A stretch of DNA of 64,000 nucleotides from Eledone cirrhosa. Its lineage: Eukaryota. The DNA is taken from the NCBI GenBank assembly GCA_964016885.1, contig OZ024744.1, forward strand, positions 128,154,001 through 128,218,000, given 5' to 3'. The position numbers were made by a program, and so were the translations under genes. Positions 59,001-64,000 of the stretch are shown here, in pieces (the first letter of the stretch is position 1; each line of letters opens with the position of its first letter). The notes beneath the pieces are model-generated. The model made no database searches and was not told where the DNA came from. It saw only the letters and a program-made list of their open reading frames with translations.

Positions 59001-62000
59001 AGTTGGGGTTAAGTTAAGTTGGGGTTAAGTTAAGTTAGGGTTAATTTAAGTTGGGGTTATGTTAAGTTGGGGTTAAGTTAAGTTGGGGTTAAGTTAAGTT
59101 GGTGTTAAGTAAAGTTGGCGTTAAGTTAAGTTGTGGGTTAAGTTAAGTTGGGGTTAAGTTAAGTTGGGGTTAAGTTAAGTTGGTGTTAAGTAAAGTTGGG
59201 CTTAAGTTAAGTTGGGTTTGAGTTAAGTTGGGGCTAAGTTAAGTTAGGGCTAAGTTAAGTTGGGGTTAAGTTAAGTTGGGGCTAGGTTAAGTTGGGTCTA
59301 AGTTAAGTTGGGGTTAAGTTAAGTTGGGGTTAAATTAAGTTGGGGTTAAATTAAGTTGGGGTTAAGTTAAGTTGGGGTTAAGCTAAGTTGGGGTTAAGTT
59401 AATTTGCAGTTAAGTTAGGTTGTGGGTTAAGTTAAGTTGGGGGTAAGTTAAGTTGGGGGTAAGTTAAGTTGGGGTTAAGTCAAGTTGGGGTTAAGTTACG
59501 TTGGGGTTAAGTTAAGTTGGGGTTAAGTTAAGTTGGGGTTAAGTTACGTTGGGGTTAAGTTAAGTTGGGGGTAAGTTAAGTTGGGTGTAAGTTAAGTTGG
59601 GGTTAAGTTAAAATGTGGTTAAGTTCAGTTGGGGTTAAGTTAAGTTGGGGTTAAGTTAAGTTGGGGGTAAGTTAAGTTGGGGGCAAGTTAAGTTGGGGTT
59701 AAGTTAAGTTGGGGTTAAGTTAAGTTGGGGTTAAGTTAAGTTGGGGTTAAGTTAAGTTAGGGTTAATTTCAGTTGGGGTTATGTTAAGTTGGGGTTAAGT
59801 TAAGTTGGGGTTAAGTTAAAGTTGGGGTTAAGTTAAGTTGGGGTAAAGTTAAGTTAGGGTTAAGTTGAGTTGGGGTTAAGTTAAGTTGGGGTTAAATTAA
59901 GTTGGGGTTAAGTTAAGTTGTGGTTAAGGTAAGTTGGGGTTAAATTAAGTTGGGGTTCAGTTAAGTTGGGGTTAATTTAAGTTGGGGTTAAGTTAAGTTG
60001 GGGTTAGTTAAGTTGGGGTTAAGTTAAGTTGGGGTTAAGTTAAGTTGGGGTTAAGTTAAGTTGGGGTTAAGTTAAGTTGGCGTTAAGTTAAGTTGGGGTT
60101 AAGTTAAGTTGGGGCTAAATTAAGTTGGGGTTAAGTTAAGTTGGGGTTAATTTAAGCTCGGGTTAAGTTAAGTTGGGGTTAAGTTAAGTTGGAGTTAAGT
60201 CAAGTTGGGGTTAAGTCAAGTTGCGGTTAAGTCAAGTTGGGGTTAAGTCAAGTTGGGGTTAAGTTAAGTTGGGGTTAAGTTAAGTTGGGGTTAACTTAAG
60301 TTGGGGTTAAGTTGGGGTTAAGTTAAGTTGGGGTTAAATTAAGTTGGGGGTTAGTTAAGTTGGGGCAAGTTAAGTTGGGGTTAATTTAAGTTGGGGTTAA
60401 GTTAAGTTGGGGTTATGTTAAGTTGGGGTTAAGTTAAGTTGGGGTTAAGTTAAGTTGGGGGTAAGTTAAGTTGGGGTTAAGTTAAGTTGGGGGTAAGTTA
60501 AGTTGAGGGTAAGTTAAGTTGGGGTTAAGTTAAGTTGGGGTTAAATTAAGTTGAGGTTAAGTTAAGTTGGGGTTAAGTTAAGTTGGGGGTAAGATAAGTT
60601 GGGGGTAAGATAAGTTGGGGCTAAGTTAAGTTGGGGCTAAGTCAAGTTGGGGTTAATTCAAGTTGAGGTTAACTTAAGTTGGGGTTAAGTTAAGTTGGGG
60701 TTAAGTTAAGTTGGGGTTAAGGTAAGTTGGGGTTATGTTAAGTTGGGGCTATGTTAAGTTGGGGCTAAGTTAAGTTGGGGCTGAGTTAAGTTGGGGTTAA
60801 GTTAAGTTGGGGTTGAGTTAAGTTGGGGTTAAGTTAAGTTGGGATTAAGTTAAGTTGGGGTTAAGTTAAGTTCGGCTTGAGTTAAGTTGGGGTTAAGTTA
60901 AGTTGGGGTTAATTTAAGTTGGGGTTAAGTTAAGTTGGGGTTAAGATAAGTTGGGGTTAAGTTAAGTTGGGGTTAAGTTAAGTTGGGGTTGAGTTAATTT
61001 GGGGTTAAGTTGGGGTTGAGTTAAGTTGGGGGTAGGTTAAGTTGGGGGCAAGTTTAGTTGGGGTTAAGTTAAGTTGGGGTTACGTTAAGTTGGGCGTAAG
61101 TTAAGTCGGGGTTAAGTTAAGTTGGGGTTAAGTTAAGTTGGGTTTAAGTTAAGTTGGGGCTAAGTTAAGTTGGAGCTAAGTTAAGTTGGGGCTGAGTTAA
61201 GTTGGGGGTAAGTTAAGTTGGGGTTAAGTTAAGTTGGGGTTCAGTTCAGTTGGGGTTAAGTTAAGTTGGGGTTAAGTTAAGCTGGGGTTAAGTTAAGTTG
61301 GGGTTAAGTTAAGTTGGGGTTAAGTTAAGTTGGGGTTAAGTTAAGTTGGGGTTGAGTTAAGTTGGGGTTGAGTTAAGTTGGGGTTAAGTTAAGTTGGGGT
61401 TAAGTTAAGTTGGGGTTAAGTTAAGTTGGGGTTAAGTTAAGTTGGGGGTAAGTTAAGTTGGGGGCAAGTTAAGTTGGGGTTAAGTTAAGTTGGGGTTAAG
61501 TTAAGTTGGGGTTAAGTTAAGTTAGGGTTAATTTCAGTTGGGGTTATGTTAAGTTGGGGTTAAGTTAAGTTGGGGTTAAGTTAAAGTTGGGGTTAAGTTA
61601 AGTTGGGGTAAAGTTAAGTTAGGGTTAAGTTAAGTTGGGGTTAAGTTAAGTTGGGGTTAAATTAAGTTGGGGTTAAGTTAAGTTGGGGTTAAGTTAAGTT
61701 GGGGTTAAATTAAGTTGGGGTTCAGTTAAGTTGGGGTTAAATTAAGTTGGGGTTAAGTTAAGTTGGGGTTAGTTAAGTTGGGGTTAAGTTAAGTTGGGGT
61801 TAAGTTAAGTTGGGGTTAAGTTAAGTTGGGGTTAAATTAAGTTGGGGTTAAGTTAAGTTGGGGTTAAGTTAAGTTGGGGTTAAGTTAAGTTAGGGTTAAT
61901 TTCAGTTGGGGTTATGTTAAGTTGGGGTTAAGTTAAGTTGGGGTTAAGTTAAAGTTGGGGTTAAGTTAAGTTGGCGTAAAGTTAAGTTAGGGTTAAGTTA

Positions 62001-62786
62001 AGTTGGGGTTAAGTTAAGTTGGGGTTAAATTAAGTTGGGGTTAAGTTAAGTTGGGGTTAAGTTAAGTTGGGGTTAAATTAAGTTGGGGTTCAGTTAAGTT
62101 GGGGTTAAATTAAGTTGGGGTTAAGTTAAGTTGGGGTTAGTTAAGTTGGGGTTAAGTTAAGTTGGCGTTAAGTTAAGTTGGGGTTAAGTTAAGTTGGCGT
62201 TAATTTAAGTTGGGGTTAAGTTAAGTTGGGGTTAAGTTAAGTTGGGGTTAAGTTAAGTTGGGGTTAATTTAAGTTGGGGTTAAGTTAAGTTGGGGTTAAG
62301 TTAAGTTGGAGTTAAGTCAAGTTGGTGTTAAGTCAAGTTGGGGTTAAGTCAAGTTGGGGTTAAGTCAAGTTGGGGTTAAGTTAAGTTGGGGTTAAGTTAA
62401 GTTGGGGTTAAGTTAAGTTGGGGGTAAGTTAAGTTGGGTGTAAGTTAAGTTGGGGTAAGTTAAGTTGGGGTTCAGTTCAGTTGGGGTTAAGTTAAGTTGG
62501 GGTTAAGTTAAGCTGGGGGTAAGTTAAGTTGGGGTTAAGTTAAGTTGGGGTTAAGTTAAGTTGGGGTTAAGTTAAGTTGGGGTTCAGTTAAGTTGGGGTT
62601 AAGTTAATTTGGGGCTGAGTTAAGTTGGGGTTAAGTTAAGTTCGGGTTGAGTTAAGTTGGGGTTAAGTTAAGTTGGGGTTAAGTTAAGTTGGGGTTAAGT
62701 TAAGTTGGGGTTAAGATAAGTTGGGGTTAAGTTAAGTTGGGGTTAATTTAAGTTGGGGTTGAGTTAATTTGGGTTTAAGTTAAGTT
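38522..62786 (+). repeat. Macro-unit copy B (24,265 bp GGCC to GGCC; about 21.6 kb after removing its private ~2.63-kb duplication)
   Basis: Same collinear marker series as copy A. The offset changes from 36,567 to 34,086, which equals 36,567 - 5,112 + 2,631, exactly as the private duplications predict. Confidence 0.85.
46280..51556 (+). repeat. Recent 2,636/2,631-bp tandem duplication specific to macro-unit B
   Basis: GTGGTTGAG at 46761/49397 (+2,636) and GATGGGGGC at 47804/50435 (+2,631). The 5-bp shift matches loss of one TTAAG near 49,740. Confidence 0.9.
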
Positions 62787-64000
62787 GGCCTTAACTTAAG
62801 TTGGGGTTAAGTTAAGTTGGGGTTAAGTTAAGTTGGGGGTAAGTTAAGTTGGGGGCAAGTTAAGTTGGGGTTAATTTAAGTTGGGGTTAAGTTAAGTTGG
62901 GGTTAAGTTAAGTTGGGGGTAACTTAAGTTGGGGTTAAGTTAAGTTGAGGGTAAGTTAAGTTGAGGTTAAGTTAAGTTGGGGTTAAGTTAAGTTGGGGGT
63001 AAGTTAAGTTGGGGGTAAGTTAAGTTGGGGTTACGTTAAGTTGGGGTTAAATTAAGTTGAGGTTAAGTTAATTTGGGGTTAAGTTAAGTTGGGGTTAATT
63101 TAAGTTGGGGGTAAGATAAGTTGGGGCTAAGTTAAGTTGGGGCTAAGTCAAGTTGGGGTTAAGTCAAGTTGGGGTTAAGTCAAGTTGAGGTTAACTTAAG
63201 TTGGGGTTAAGTTAAGTTGGGGTTAAGTTTAGTTGGGGTTAACGTAAGTTGGGGTTAAGTTAAGTTGGGGCTAAGTTAAGTTGGGGCTAAGTTAAGTTGG
63301 GGCTGAGTTAAGTTGGGGTTAAGTTGGGGTTGAGTTAAGTTGGGGTTAAGTTAAGTTGGGATTAAGTTAAGTTGGGGTTAAGTTAAGTTCGGGTTGAGTT
63401 AAGTTGGGGTTAAGTTAAGTTGGGGTTAATTTAAGTTGGGGTTAAGTTAAGTTGGGGTTAAGATAAGTTGGGGTTAAGTTAAGTTGGGGTTAAGTTAAGT
63501 TGGGGTTGAGTTAATTTGGGGTTAAGTTAAGTTGGGGTTAACTTAAGTTGGGGTTAAGTTAAGTTGGGGTTAACTTAAGTTGGGGGTAAGTTAAGTCGGG
63601 GTTAAGTTAAGTTGGGGTTAAGTTAAGTTGGGTTTAAGTTAAGTTGGGGCTAAGTTAAGTTGGGGCTAAGTTAAATTGGGGCTGAGTTAAGTTGGGGGTA
63701 AGTTAAGTTGGGTGTAAGTTAAGTTGGGGTTAAGTTAAGTTGGGGTTAAGTTAAGCTGGGGTTAAGTTAAGTTGGGGTTAAGTTAAGTTGGGGTTAAGTT
63801 AAGTTGGGGTTGAGTTAAGTTGGGGTTGAGTTAAGTTGGGGTTAATTTAAGTTGGGGTTAAGTTAAGTTGGGGTTAAGTTAAGTTGGGGTTAAGTTAAGT
63901 TGGGGGTAAGTTAAGTTGGGGTTAATGTAAGTTGGAGTTAAGTTAAGTTGGGGTTAAGTTAAGTTGGAGTTAAGTCAAGTTGGTGTTAAGTCAAGTTGGG

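Larger units (their letters stand above)
1..64000 (+). repeat. Satellite DNA array of a 16-bp monomer (TTAAGTTAAGTTGGGG)n, about 4,000 copies, one orientation, extending beyond both window edges
   Basis: Every line consists of TTAAGTTAAGTTGGGG or a variant with 1-3 changes (e.g. GTCAAG, GATAAG, GGGGCT, TTGAGG, TTAGGG, TTGGCG). Length variants of 11, 15 and 17 bp also occur. No reverse-complement (CCCCAA) block was seen. Confidence 0.99.

Noticed and set aside
1-64000. Protein-coding ORF encoding a repetitive protein
   Set aside because: Each monomer carries two TAA triplets on each strand (TTAA is palindromic), and the 16-bp period rotates the frame. All six frames therefore hit stops within each 48 bp of consensus.
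1-64000. CRISPR array or other repeat-spacer system
   Set aside because: There are no unique spacers. The repeats are directly head-to-tail and differ only by point variants, and no cas or other genes are present.
1-64000. Actively telomerase-synthesised telomere tract
   Set aside because: Frequent variants are inherited in multi-kb collinear blocks, which indicates copying of existing DNA and not de novo addition from an RNA template. No chromosome end is visible in the window.
1-64000. piggyBac or other TTAA-targeting transposon insertions
   Set aside because: Despite about two TTAA sites per monomer, no non-satellite sequence, terminal inverted repeats or orientation switch was seen.
1-64000. 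Pure sequencing artefact or synthetic low-complexity sequence
   Set aside because: Variants recur in consistent, hierarchically nested and arithmetically self-consistent patterns, which random error would not produce. Individual recent duplications could still be assembly errors.

Overview
The whole 64 kb window is one uninterrupted, single-orientation tandem array of a 16-bp monomer, TTAAGTTAAGTTGGGG (reverse complement CCCCAACTTAACTTAA), about 4,000 copies and running off both ends. No genes, RNA genes, transposons or unique sequence are visible, and TAA stops occur in every frame on both strands. The monomer is telomere-like (TTAAG+TTAAG+TTGGGG), with a G-rich, C-free + strand. Rare variant monomers, tracked by eye as markers, reveal a nested higher-order organisation. 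There are older duplications of 202, 544, about 1,540-1,580 and 2,945 bp, and a macro-unit of about 21.7 kb present in two diverged copies (A ~1.8-30.6 kb, B ~38.5-62.8 kb). Recent near-identical tandem duplications of 1,658, 5,112, about 2,000-2,300, 7,929 and about 2,635 bp are layered on top. The end of the window also repeats its start at an offset of 62,665 bp. This is most consistent with a eukaryotic satellite (centromeric, pericentromeric or subtelomeric) that expands by recombination or template switching. The organism and function cannot be determined from the sequence alone, and all coordinates and offsets were read manually.
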